Below the pieces are notes generated by a model. The model searched no databases. It had not been told where the DNA came from and saw only the letters and a list, made by a program, of their open reading frames with translations. Of a stretch of 58,291 nt of DNA, positions 25,840-34,382 are shown piece after piece (within the stretch, counting starts at the first letter, position 1; each line of letters opens with the position of its first letter). The position numbers and the translations under genes were made by a program. The DNA comes from Gemmatimonadales bacterium (GTDB lineage Bacteria > Gemmatimonadota > Gemmatimonadetes > Gemmatimonadales > GWC2-71-9): contig JBBQFH010000018.1 of the NCBI GenBank assembly GCA_038321865.1, positions 1-58,291 of the forward strand. Reading direction: 5' to 3'.

Positions 25840-26622
25840 TCATCGGCCTGAAAACACCGGCTTCCGCTTCTCCAGAAACGCAGTCGTCCCTTCGTGCATG
25901 TCGGCGGTGGCGGAGAGCAAGCCGAAATGGTTCGCTTCCAGCAGGAGGCCATCGTCGAGCGCGAGTTCGAGCCCGGCGTCCACCGCCTCGATCACGAACC
26001 GCAGGGCAAGCGGGCCGTTTTCCAGAATTCTCCGCAGCATGGCCTCGGCCTCCGCGAGCAGCCGGTCACCGGGTACCACGCGGTTCACCAGCCCGATCCG
26101 GTACGCCTCGGCGGCGTCGATCATGTCGCCGGTGAGGAGAAGCTCGAGGGCGCGGCCTTTGCCGACCAGGCGGGGCAGCCGCACGGTGCCGCCATAGCCG
26201 GGCCCGATGCCCAGCTTCACCTCCGGCTGGCCGAACCGGGCGGATTCGCTGGCGATGCGGATATGGCACGCCATCGCCAGCTCGCATCCGCCCCCGAGCG
26301 CGAAGCCGTTGACCGCGGCCACCACCGGCTTGCCGCAGCGCTCCAGGCGACGAAAGACACGCTGCCCGGTCTGCGCCCGCGCCTTGCCGTCCACCGGACC
26401 CTGTGACGCGAGCTCCGTGATGTCCGCACCGGCGACGAACGCCTTCGGCCCCGCGCCAGTGAGCAACACGCCGCGCACGGCCGCATCGGTCTCGATGCGG
26501 GTGACGGCGTCATCGAGTTCCTCGATGACCGTCCGGTTGAGGGCATTGAGCTTGTCGGGCCGGTTGATGGTGATCCGCGCGATACCATCGGCAAGCTCGA
26601 AGAGGAGCGTCGAATAGGCCAT
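25840..26622 (-). CDS. Enoyl-CoA hydratase/isomerase (crotonase family)
   Basis: INRPDKLNALN, AFVAGADI, GFALGGGCELAMAC, FGQPEVKLG; ATG at 26622. Confidence 0.93.
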   Translation of the reverse strand: MAYSTLLFELADGIARITINRPDKLNALNRTVIEELDDAVTRIETDAAVRGVLLTGAGPKAFVAGADITELASQGPVDGKARAQTGQRVFRRLERCGKPVVAAVNGFALGGGCELAMACHIRIASESARFGQPEVKLGIGPGYGGTVRLPRLVGKGRALELLLTGDMIDAAEAYRIGLVNRVVPGDRLLAEAEAMLRRILENGPLALRFVIEAVDAGLELALDDGLLLEANHFGLLSATADMHEGTTAFLEKRKPVFSGR

Positions 26623-26699
26623 GACCGGAGAGGTTGGGGTGGACGGTGCCGGCGACGCCGGTTTCGAAAGATAATCAGCGGGCGTACTATCCTTTCCCC

Positions 26700-28178
26700 A
26701 TGGCGTCCATTCTTGCACTCGATCAGGGCACCACTGGCAGCACCGCCCTCGTGGTCCGCGATGACGGCTGCGTCATCGGCTCGGGCTACCGGCCGATCAC
26801 GCAGCACTTTCCCCGGCCCGGATGGGTCGAGCACGATGCCGACGAGATCTTCCGGGTAACGCTCGAGGCCGCGCGGGAGGCACTCGCGGCGGCCGGCGAG
26901 GTGCCGGCCGGGCTCGGCATCACGAACCAGCGGGAAACCGTCGTGGTGTGGGACCGGGCGACGCTGGAGCCGGTCGGGCCGGCGATCGTCTGGCAGGACC
27001 GCCGCACCACCGACCGCTGCCGCGCCCTCCGGGACGGCGGTCTGGAACCGATGATCCGGGAGCGGACCGGACTGGTCGCCGACCCGTACTTCTCCGCCAC
27101 CAAGCTCGAATGGCTCCTGCAGGATCCGCGGACCCGGTGGCGAGCCGAAACCGGCGAGCTCGCCGCGGGCACGATCGACGCGTGGCTGGTTGCGCGCCTG
27201 ACCGGCGGCCGTATCCACGTCACCGACCACACGAACGCGTCGCGCACCATGCTGTACTCGCTGGAGACGCGCGACTGGGATCCGGACCTCCTCGAGCTGT
27301 TCACCGTCCCGCGCATCCTCCTGCCGGTGATCACCGCATCGAGCGGCATCGTGGGTGAGACGGATGCCGCGCACCTCGGGCACACATTCCCCATCGCGGG
27401 GATTGCCGGCGATCAGCAGGCCGCGCTCTTCGGGCAGGGCTGCGTCGAGGCGGCGTCGGCGAAAAACACGTACGGCACCGGCGCCTTTCTCCTGCTGCAC
27501 ACCGGCTCGACCCGCACGACTCCGCCCCGAGGTGTGCTCGCGACGATGGCGTGCGGGCCCCGCGGCGAGCCGGCGTTTGCGCTCGAGGGGAGCGTCTTCA
27601 TCGCCGGTGCGGCGATCCAGTGGCTCCGCGATGGACTCGGCCTGCTTGGACGAGCCGAGGAATCCGAAGCAATGGCGCGCAGCGTCCCCGACACTGGAGG
27701 CGTCCATTTCGTGCCGGCCTTTGCCGGCCTCGGTACGCCGCATTGGGAGCCGGAGGCGCGGGGGACGATCACCGGGCTCACTCGCGGCACCACGCGCGCA
27801 CACCTCGTTCGGGCCGCGCTCGAGGCGATGGCCTTCGGCCCCGCCGATCTGTTGACGGCGATGGAAGGGGTGGGCGAGCATGAGGCGCCGGCGCTGCGGG
27901 TCGATGGCGGCGCCTCCGCGAACGACTGGCTCATGCAGTTTCAGGCCGATGTGCTCGGCCGCGCGGTCGAACGCCCGGACGTCATCGAGACGACGGCGAT
28001 GGGGGCGGCGGCGCTCGCCGGGCTCGCGCTCGGCGTCTGGAGGAGTGTGGACGATTTTACCGCCGGCCGGCGCTTCCGTGTGTTCGAGCCGAGAACGGGA
28101 TCGGCGCAGCGGTCGGAGCTGATGGATGGGTGGCACCGCGCGATCACGGCCGCGCTGGCCTGGGCGCAACGCGGCTAG
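26700..28178 (+). CDS. glpK: Glycerol kinase
   Basis: LDQGTTGS, GITNQRET, IVWQDRRT, DPYFSATK, TNASRT, GDQQAAL, KNTYGTG, VDGGAS. Confidence 0.95.
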   Translation: MASILALDQGTTGSTALVVRDDGCVIGSGYRPITQHFPRPGWVEHDADEIFRVTLEAAREALAAAGEVPAGLGITNQRETVVVWDRATLEPVGPAIVWQDRRTTDRCRALRDGGLEPMIRERTGLVADPYFSATKLEWLLQDPRTRWRAETGELAAGTIDAWLVARLTGGRIHVTDHTNASRTMLYSLETRDWDPDLLELFTVPRILLPVITASSGIVGETDAAHLGHTFPIAGIAGDQQAALFGQGCVEAASAKNTYGTGAFLLLHTGSTRTTPPRGVLATMACGPRGEPAFALEGSVFIAGAAIQWLRDGLGLLGRAEESEAMARSVPDTGGVHFVPAFAGLGTPHWEPEARGTITGLTRGTTRAHLVRAALEAMAFGPADLLTAMEGVGEHEAPALRVDGGASANDWLMQFQADVLGRAVERPDVIETTAMGAAALAGLALGVWRSVDDFTAGRRFRVFEPRTGSAQRSELMDGWHRAITAALAWAQRG

Positions 28179-28666
28179 GCAGCGACCGCGTTGCCGCAGG
28201 CCTCGCAGAACCGGCCATCCGGCGGGATCGCGGCTCCGCACCGGGCGCAATGATCCGCGCTCTCGAGCTGGCGGCCGCAGGTCGAACAGAACAGCGCGTC
28301 CGATTCGGGACGAGGTCCGCACTGCGGGCACGCGGGAGTTCCCTCGGCGATCGCCTTGGCGCGCGCCGCAATGCGGGCCTCGACATCGGCTGCGTCCGCG
28401 TCGACGGCCTCCGCGCGCAGCGCGGCGACGGCCTCCGCGGTGTAGCGCGATTTGAGGAATTCGTAGTCGACATCGGAGAGCTTGCCGGTCGCCCGGTCGA
28501 ACTCGATCTCCCGCAGCGCCGAGAGCGCGATGCCACGCCGCGTCTCCTCGGGATCCGGGGGCACGTAGATCGCCGCCCGCGGGGCGCCCGGCAGGAGGAG
28601 CGGCTGGAGGACGGTCCACAGCAACGCCAGGCCGAGCACGCCCGCGCCGAGGAGCTCCCAGAGCAT
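28175..28666 (-). CDS. CcmI-like N-terminal membrane protein with double zinc ribbon
   Basis: TM helix, LREIEFDRATGKLSDVDY (CcmI cytoplasmic motif), four CxxC pairs (CPQC, CSTC, CARC, CEAC); last gene of the ccm operon. Confidence 0.65.
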   Translation of the reverse strand: MLWELLGAGVLGLALLWTVLQPLLLPGAPRAAIYVPPDPEETRRGIALSALREIEFDRATGKLSDVDYEFLKSRYTAEAVAALRAEAVDADAADVEARIAARAKAIAEGTPACPQCGPRPESDALFCSTCGRQLESADHCARCGAAIPPDGRFCEACGNAVAA

Positions 28667-29265
28667 CAGGAGTCTCCGTCCGCCAGTGCGTCGCGCAGGC
28701 GGGCCAGCTCTTCCGGCGTGGCATCCACGGGGATCGGTGCGCGCTCGGACGCCGGAACCAGCCGGCGGCGCCCCAGGATCCAGAGCATCACGAGCCCTGC
28801 CGTGGTGACGAGCGCCCCGGGGACCAGGTAGCCCGCCAGGTTGAATCCCTGGGGCTTCGGCGCCATGAGGGCCTGTTCGCCGTACTTGGCGACAAAGGCG
28901 TCCACGATCTGCTGGCCGTCCATGCCGCTCTCACGCAGCTGCAGCACTTCCCGGTGCAGCTGTGGCGAAGAGGTGCAGGTGAAGTCGGTGGTTCGGCAGG
29001 TGTAGACGTCGAGCGTGCAGCCACAGGTGCACCGGAGCCGCTTCTCGATCGTCTGGACCGCGGCGTCGTTGTCCCGGTCGGTGGTCGGCGCCTGTGGACG
29101 GCCGGCGGCGGCGGGATCACCGAGCGAGCCGTTGGCGCCCGAGCCCGGCAGGGTTCCCGGCACCTGGGCCGCCGCCGCGGCATACGCGGCCCCCAGCGTG
29201 GCCGCAACCGACAGTCCGGCCGAGCGCAGGAAGGCCCGTCGCCCCGTCGGTGATGGATTGTTCAT
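28666..29265 (-). CDS. ccmH: Cytochrome c biogenesis protein CcmH-like with twin-arginine signal
   Basis: LRCTCGC, IVDAFVAKYG..LMAP and a C-terminal TM as in CcmH; N-terminal TGRRAFL; directly downstream of ccmF. Confidence 0.75.
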   Translation of the reverse strand: MNNPSPTGRRAFLRSAGLSVAATLGAAYAAAAAQVPGTLPGSGANGSLGDPAAAGRPQAPTTDRDNDAAVQTIEKRLRCTCGCTLDVYTCRTTDFTCTSSPQLHREVLQLRESGMDGQQIVDAFVAKYGEQALMAPKPQGFNLAGYLVPGALVTTAGLVMLWILGRRRLVPASERAPIPVDATPEELARLRDALADGDS

Positions 29266-31310
29266 GAGGGCTCGCCTGTGCCGACCAGCGTGACTCCATA
29301 TCCGGCCTGCGCCCGGCGCGCGCGATTCGGCGAGACGCCGCCGTCACCCGGCCACATCGTGATCACGCCGCCGAACGCCAGCACGAACCCGCCGAACCAG
29401 ATCCACCAGACCAGCGGATTGATGGTGAACCGGTAGACCGCCTCCTCCGTGCCGTTCACCGGCCCGGCGAAGACGATGTAAAGGTCTTCCCGCAGGTCGC
29501 TCCGGATGGCCACCTCGGTCGACGGCTCGAACGAGGGCAGCTTCTCCCCGTTCTCGATGGTGAAGTGCTGCCGCTTCTCCGAGGTCATCACGCCTTCGGG
29601 CTTTCCATCACGCGCGATCTGGACCGTGGCCGCGCTGACGACGCGGTTGAGAGCCTGATACTGGGAAATGCCGACGTGGGTGAAGCGATAGACGTGGCCA
29701 TACGGGCTGGCCAGCTCGACCGACTGGCCCGGCTTCAACGTGGCTTCCCGCTCGCGCTTGAACGCCATCCCGGCGAAGCCCACACAGTAGATCAGGATGG
29801 CGACGTGCACGATGTAGCCGCCGTAGCGGCGGCGATTGCGCGCGACCAGCCGGACGAACGCGACGGGGATGGACTCCCCGTGCATCCGGTGGCGCGCCCG
29901 GACGCCGCGGAAGAACTCCTGCACGATCGTCGCGGCCACGAAGCCCGCCAGCGTCAGCGCGAGCAGGGCGTAGAAGTCTCGCATGCCGCTGGCCAGCAGC
30001 GCCGCGGCTGTCACGCCGGCGGCTGCCAGCGGCCCGGTGAATTGGCGGCGCAGATTGGCGGTGGACGCCTTGCGCCAGGCGATGAGCGGCCCGATGCCGG
30101 TGAGCGCCAGGAGCAGCAGGCCCAGCGGCACGTTGACGCGATTGAAGAACGGGGGCCCGACCGTGATCTTGGTGCCGCGCACCAGCTCGGAGATGATGGG
30201 GAACAGCGTGCCCCAGAGCACGGAGAACGCGATGCCCACGAAGAGCAGGTTGTTGAACAGGAACGCAGCCTCGCGGCTCACCATCGACTCCAGGTGCACC
30301 TCCGCCTCCAGCAGGTGCCAGCGCGTGTACAGCAGCGTGAACCCGAAGGCGCCGCTCAGGATGAGGAACGCGAGAAAGAAGTAGCCCACGTTGGACTGGG
30401 TGAAGCTGTGGACGCTCGCGATGACCCCCGAGCGGGTGATGAACGTGCCGAAGATGCTCAGCATGAACGTGCCCACGATCAGCCCGAGGTTCCAGCGCTT
30501 GAGCATACCGCGCTTTTCCTGGATCATGACCGAGTGCAGGAAGGCGGTCATTGTGAGCCACGGCAGCAGGCTGGCGTTCTCCACCGGGTCCCATGCCCAG
30601 TAACCGCCCCAGCCGAGCTCCACGTAGGCCCACCACATGCCGAGCGTGATGCCGATGGCCAGGAAGAGCCACGACACCAGCGTCCACTTGCGGATGGCAT
30701 GGATCCAGCCGGTGTCGAGCTTGCGGGAGAGCAGGGCGGCGACCGCGAAGGCGAACGGGATCGTGATGCTGATGTAGCCGAGGTAGAGCATCGGCGGATG
30801 GATCGTCATGCCGACGTTCTGCAGCTGCGGGTTCAGGCCGCGGCCGTCCAGCGGCGTCACGGCCATCCGGGCGAAGGGGTTGGCCGCGAAGATCATCACG
30901 CTCACGAAGAACGCCACGACGGACGACGTGACCGCCGCCACGTACGGCAGCAGCTCCGAGTAGCGTCGTGAGCTCAGCGCCTGCGCCGCGGCGGCGAAGA
31001 CCGACAGCACGACGGCCCAGAACAGGAGCGAGCCCTTCTGGCCGGCCCAGAAAGCCGAAATGATGTAGTAGGTCGGCAGGTTGCGGGAGGTGTACGCCCA
31101 GACGTATTCAACGTTGAAGTCGTGTGTCGCGAGGGCCTTCCACAGGCAGGCGGCCGCCACGAGCAGCGCGGCACAGATGGCATAGACGGAGCGCACGACG
31201 GAGGCGGTGAGATCAGGGCGACCGCGCCACCGGCCCGAAAACCCCACGATGGCGCACCAGAGTCCGAGTACGAATGCGGTCCACAGGGCGAACTGTCCGA
31301 GCAGTGTCAC
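29262..31310 (-). CDS. ccmF: Cytochrome c heme lyase CcmF
   Basis: WWD domain WAYVELGWGGYWAWDPVENAS, IHPP, AFLHS, SVHSF, many TM helices. Confidence 0.96.
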   Translation of the reverse strand: MTLLGQFALWTAFVLGLWCAIVGFSGRWRGRPDLTASVVRSVYAICAALLVAAACLWKALATHDFNVEYVWAYTSRNLPTYYIISAFWAGQKGSLLFWAVVLSVFAAAAQALSSRRYSELLPYVAAVTSSVVAFFVSVMIFAANPFARMAVTPLDGRGLNPQLQNVGMTIHPPMLYLGYISITIPFAFAVAALLSRKLDTGWIHAIRKWTLVSWLFLAIGITLGMWWAYVELGWGGYWAWDPVENASLLPWLTMTAFLHSVMIQEKRGMLKRWNLGLIVGTFMLSIFGTFITRSGVIASVHSFTQSNVGYFFLAFLILSGAFGFTLLYTRWHLLEAEVHLESMVSREAAFLFNNLLFVGIAFSVLWGTLFPIISELVRGTKITVGPPFFNRVNVPLGLLLLALTGIGPLIAWRKASTANLRRQFTGPLAAAGVTAAALLASGMRDFYALLALTLAGFVAATIVQEFFRGVRARHRMHGESIPVAFVRLVARNRRRYGGYIVHVAILIYCVGFAGMAFKREREATLKPGQSVELASPYGHVYRFTHVGISQYQALNRVVSAATVQIARDGKPEGVMTSEKRQHFTIENGEKLPSFEPSTEVAIRSDLREDLYIVFAGPVNGTEEAVYRFTINPLVWWIWFGGFVLAFGGVITMWPGDGGVSPNRARRAQAGYGVTLVGTGEPS

Positions 31311-31313
31311 CGG

Positions 31314-31733
31314 CTAGGCCTTGATCCCCTTGGCCGACGCTTCGTAGCGCGAGCCGCACTTGGCGAGCACGTCCGTCGCGTGGAACACCCCGTCGTGTCC
31401 CAGCCGTCCCTCGACGACGACTTCGATGTCATTCGCATCGGTGAAGGTGTCGGGCACCAGCCCGCGGTAGCTGACCGGATACTCCCGCTTGCCGTCGGAG
31501 ACACGGAAGCCGATTTCGCGGCTGGCCGGATTGCGGCGGATCGACCCGGGCACCACCTTGGCGCCCATCTTGAGGCCGACGTCATAAAACGTCGGATCCG
31601 CCGCCGTCTTCGTGGCCAGCTCGCTCGGCGTGAGGAAGTAGACGCCGGTCTCCTTCACCCCTTCGGTGATCAGGAATCCGACGCTGCCGATGATGAGTAC
31701 GGCGCCGATCAGAAACTTCGTGCGTGCCTTCAT
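31314..31733 (-). CDS. ccmE: Heme chaperone CcmE, Cys-type (CxxxY) variant
   Basis: N-terminal TM, YFLTPSEL, VSYRGLVPDTF, VVVEG, VLAKCGSRY (Cys replaces the canonical His); ATG at 31733. Confidence 0.9.
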   Translation of the reverse strand: MKARTKFLIGAVLIIGSVGFLITEGVKETGVYFLTPSELATKTAADPTFYDVGLKMGAKVVPGSIRRNPASREIGFRVSDGKREYPVSYRGLVPDTFTDANDIEVVVEGRLGHDGVFHATDVLAKCGSRYEASAKGIKA

Positions 31734-31788
31734 GGGAGCGCTCCGCGATGTGACCAGTCTGAATAATAGCCACCTGCCTTCCGGCCCG

Positions 31789-32547
31789 TTACTGCCGGGC
31801 CGGGACCGGGGCGGGGGCGATGGCACGCTGGTGCATGTCGTCCATGATCATCTTGTGCGCGGCGTACTCCGGCCGCGGGGATCGCATCTCGGCGTCATAG
31901 TGACTGCGAAAACCGGCATACGCCGCGTCGGTGGCGGGCTGGTCGTGCCGCCAGCGGGCAACGGTGGCGGCGATGACGTAGCCCAGGAGGTGCCCCGGCG
32001 CCATGGCGAGAATGCTGTCTCCCAGCGCCGAAGCGCCCGCGATGTCGCCGGTGTGAAGGCGGAGGAGCGCCGCATGATACCGCGCGTCCGCGTCGATCGA
32101 ATCGAGCTGCTGGTACGCGAGGAGGGCCATCGGCGCGAAACGGGCGACGGTCGCCGTGTCTCCCGACTCGGATGCGCGCATGCTGCGATCGTACAGCCGG
32201 TCGAATCGTTCGCGGGGCGACATCTGGCTGATGTCGGGCGGCGTCGCGCCACCGGCCTCGGCGGCGGCCGGTGGCGGGGCGGGTGCGCGCACTTCACCGC
32301 GGGCGAGCAACGCCATGCCGACCAGCAGCGCGAGCACACCGCCGCCCGCGACGAGCCAGGCGCGGTTGGCCGTGCGGGCCGCACCCGCCGCCACCGCGCC
32401 GCAGGCGGGACAGAATTTCGCCTGCGGGGCGAGCGCGCTCCGGCAGTTGGCGCAGTCCTGGGCCGCGTACGGTTGCCCGCACGAGCTGCAGTACCTGCCG
32501 CTTCCTGTCGCCTTGCACGCCGTGCACGTCATGACGGCACCGGTCAT
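31789..32547 (-). CDS. Double zinc ribbon membrane protein with periplasmic TPR-like helices
   Basis: CTAC, CSSC, CANC, CPAC; TM helix; PPDISQMSPRE; helical C-terminus; CAGGAG RBS before ATG 32547. Confidence 0.65.
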   Translation of the reverse strand: MTGAVMTCTACKATGSGRYCSSCGQPYAAQDCANCRSALAPQAKFCPACGAVAAGAARTANRAWLVAGGGVLALLVGMALLARGEVRAPAPPPAAAEAGGATPPDISQMSPRERFDRLYDRSMRASESGDTATVARFAPMALLAYQQLDSIDADARYHAALLRLHTGDIAGASALGDSILAMAPGHLLGYVIAATVARWRHDQPATDAAYAGFRSHYDAEMRSPRPEYAAHKMIMDDMHQRAIAPAPVPARQ

Positions 32548-32782
32548 TCGAATCTCCTGCGGCGCTTCGGAATGGGAATCCCTGACGATGGCAACCGGGG
32601 TTGGGCAGCACGGGAGGAATGTCGAACCTGGCATCCGCACGGGTCAATCTAGGCGGGCGACCCCCTGAAGTATGAAGGGACCGTGAAGATGCGATGAGAC
32701 CTCGCGCGCGCTATTGCGTCCGTCGACGGGGGGGCGTAGCTACCATGGCATGACGTCCACGATTCCCGTGATTGAGGTCTCT

Positions 32783-34330
32783 ATGTCGCCCTCCCGCTCG
32801 ATGTCGTCACGCGGCGCTGGCCTCATCGCCCTGCTCGTGCTGCTCGTCGCCGGCTGCTCCTCCGACAAGATTGTCTATCGCGACCGGGCGCCATTCAATC
32901 CGCCCGCCGACAGCGTCAACGGATTCCTCGGATTGTTCAGCGTCGCGACCAATCAGACCACCTGCGGCAACTGCCACGTCAGCCACCAGCGCGACTGGGC
33001 CACGTCGGCGCACTCCGGCGCGTTCGCGACGCTGGTCGGGTCGGGCCACGCGACGGAGAGCTGCTACGGGTGTCATACCGTCAGCGAGCGCGGCAACATC
33101 GCCGTTGGCCCGGCCGGCTGGAATCGGGTGCAGGACTCGGCCTACCACAATGTCCAGTGCGAAAGCTGCCACGGCCCCGGCCTCAACCACGTGTCGGAAC
33201 CCGACGCGCCAGGCAATGTGCCGCTTGCCCACCTCGCGGTGAGCGATTCGACCGCGAGCTGTGCCAGCTGTCACTCGGGCGCGCACGAGCCGTTCGTCGA
33301 GGAGTGGGCCCAGTCGGGTCACGGGTCGCTGGTCGCAGTGCCCCAGGGCCGGGCGGAATGCGTCGGCTGCCACGAGGGCAAGGCGGTCCTGAAGGCGTGG
33401 AACGCATCCTCGCGCTACGCCGAGGTGAACGATCCGACGGCGCTGCCGATCACCTGCGCCGTCTGCCATGATCCGCACGGGTCGCCGAATTCGGCGCAGC
33501 TTCGCTTTTCGATCACGTCGACCGACCCACAGCAGAATCTCTGCATGAAGTGCCACAACCGGGTCGCCAGCCCGCCGGGCGGCAGCCGCAACGCGCCGCA
33601 CGCGCCCCAGGGCTCCGTGCTCCTGGGCGAAGGTGGCTATCGGCCGGCCGGGTTCGCGTACGACACTTCGCGCATCTACACGTCGCACGCCTCGGAGCGG
33701 AACCCCCGGCTCTGCGCCGGCTGCCATGTGAACCGCTACAACGTGACCGATCAGCTGACCGGCGCCTTCACGTTCAACTCCACCGGACACCTGTTCCGGC
33801 CGATTCCGTGCCTGGATGCCGCGGGCAAGCCCACGGCCGACAATACGTGCGCCTACACGACGGCGGCACGCAGCTTCAAGACGTGCAGCAATTCCGGCTG
33901 CCATGCCAGTGTGGACGTGGCGGCATCGCTGCTCACCAACCTTCGCGCCCGGCTGGCGACGCTGCGCGATCAGATCTGGATCGATGTCAACCACAACCAG
34001 GCGATCGACGCCACGGACGGGGGCTACCTCGGTACCATCAAGGCCACGCTGCCGAACGAGTTCAAGGCGGACACCGTCATTACGGCGGCCGAAGGGGCGG
34101 AGTTCAACGTGAAGATGGTCGGTGAAGGATCGTACGGTAACGGCGATCGTTCGCTCGGCGTTCACAACCCGTTCCTGGCTGAGGCCCTGATGCGGGCCAA
34201 CATCGCCGAGCTGCGCACCAAGTACGCGCTTCCGGCGCCGCCGGCGTCGGTGCAGCGCCTGCTGGACACGCCGATGGGCGGCGCCGGACCGCAGGCGGCA
34301 GGTATTACTCAGATCATCTCGGCGCGCTGA
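32783..34330 (+). CDS. Multiheme c-type cytochrome lipoprotein (8 CxxCH + 1 CxxxxCH)
   Basis: Lipobox LVAGC; CGNCH, CYGCH, CESCH, CASCH, CVGCH, CAVCH, CMKCH, CAGCH, CSNSGCH; GAGGT RBS before ATG 32783. Confidence 0.9.
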   Translation: MSPSRSMSSRGAGLIALLVLLVAGCSSDKIVYRDRAPFNPPADSVNGFLGLFSVATNQTTCGNCHVSHQRDWATSAHSGAFATLVGSGHATESCYGCHTVSERGNIAVGPAGWNRVQDSAYHNVQCESCHGPGLNHVSEPDAPGNVPLAHLAVSDSTASCASCHSGAHEPFVEEWAQSGHGSLVAVPQGRAECVGCHEGKAVLKAWNASSRYAEVNDPTALPITCAVCHDPHGSPNSAQLRFSITSTDPQQNLCMKCHNRVASPPGGSRNAPHAPQGSVLLGEGGYRPAGFAYDTSRIYTSHASERNPRLCAGCHVNRYNVTDQLTGAFTFNSTGHLFRPIPCLDAAGKPTADNTCAYTTAARSFKTCSNSGCHASVDVAASLLTNLRARLATLRDQIWIDVNHNQAIDATDGGYLGTIKATLPNEFKADTVITAAEGAEFNVKMVGEGSYGNGDRSLGVHNPFLAEALMRANIAELRTKYALPAPPASVQRLLDTPMGGAGPQAAGITQIISAR

Positions 34331-34382
34331 ACAGCCAGTGGCGCGCGCCTAGGTGAATACGCCGAACCCCGCCGGAGCAGCG

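Noticed and set aside
32714..32746. G7 tract (32728-32734) between TTGCGT and TACCAT upstream of the cytochrome operon, as a phase-variation switch
   Set aside because: Seven Gs is unremarkable at this GC content, and the 21-nt spacing does not give a convincing promoter
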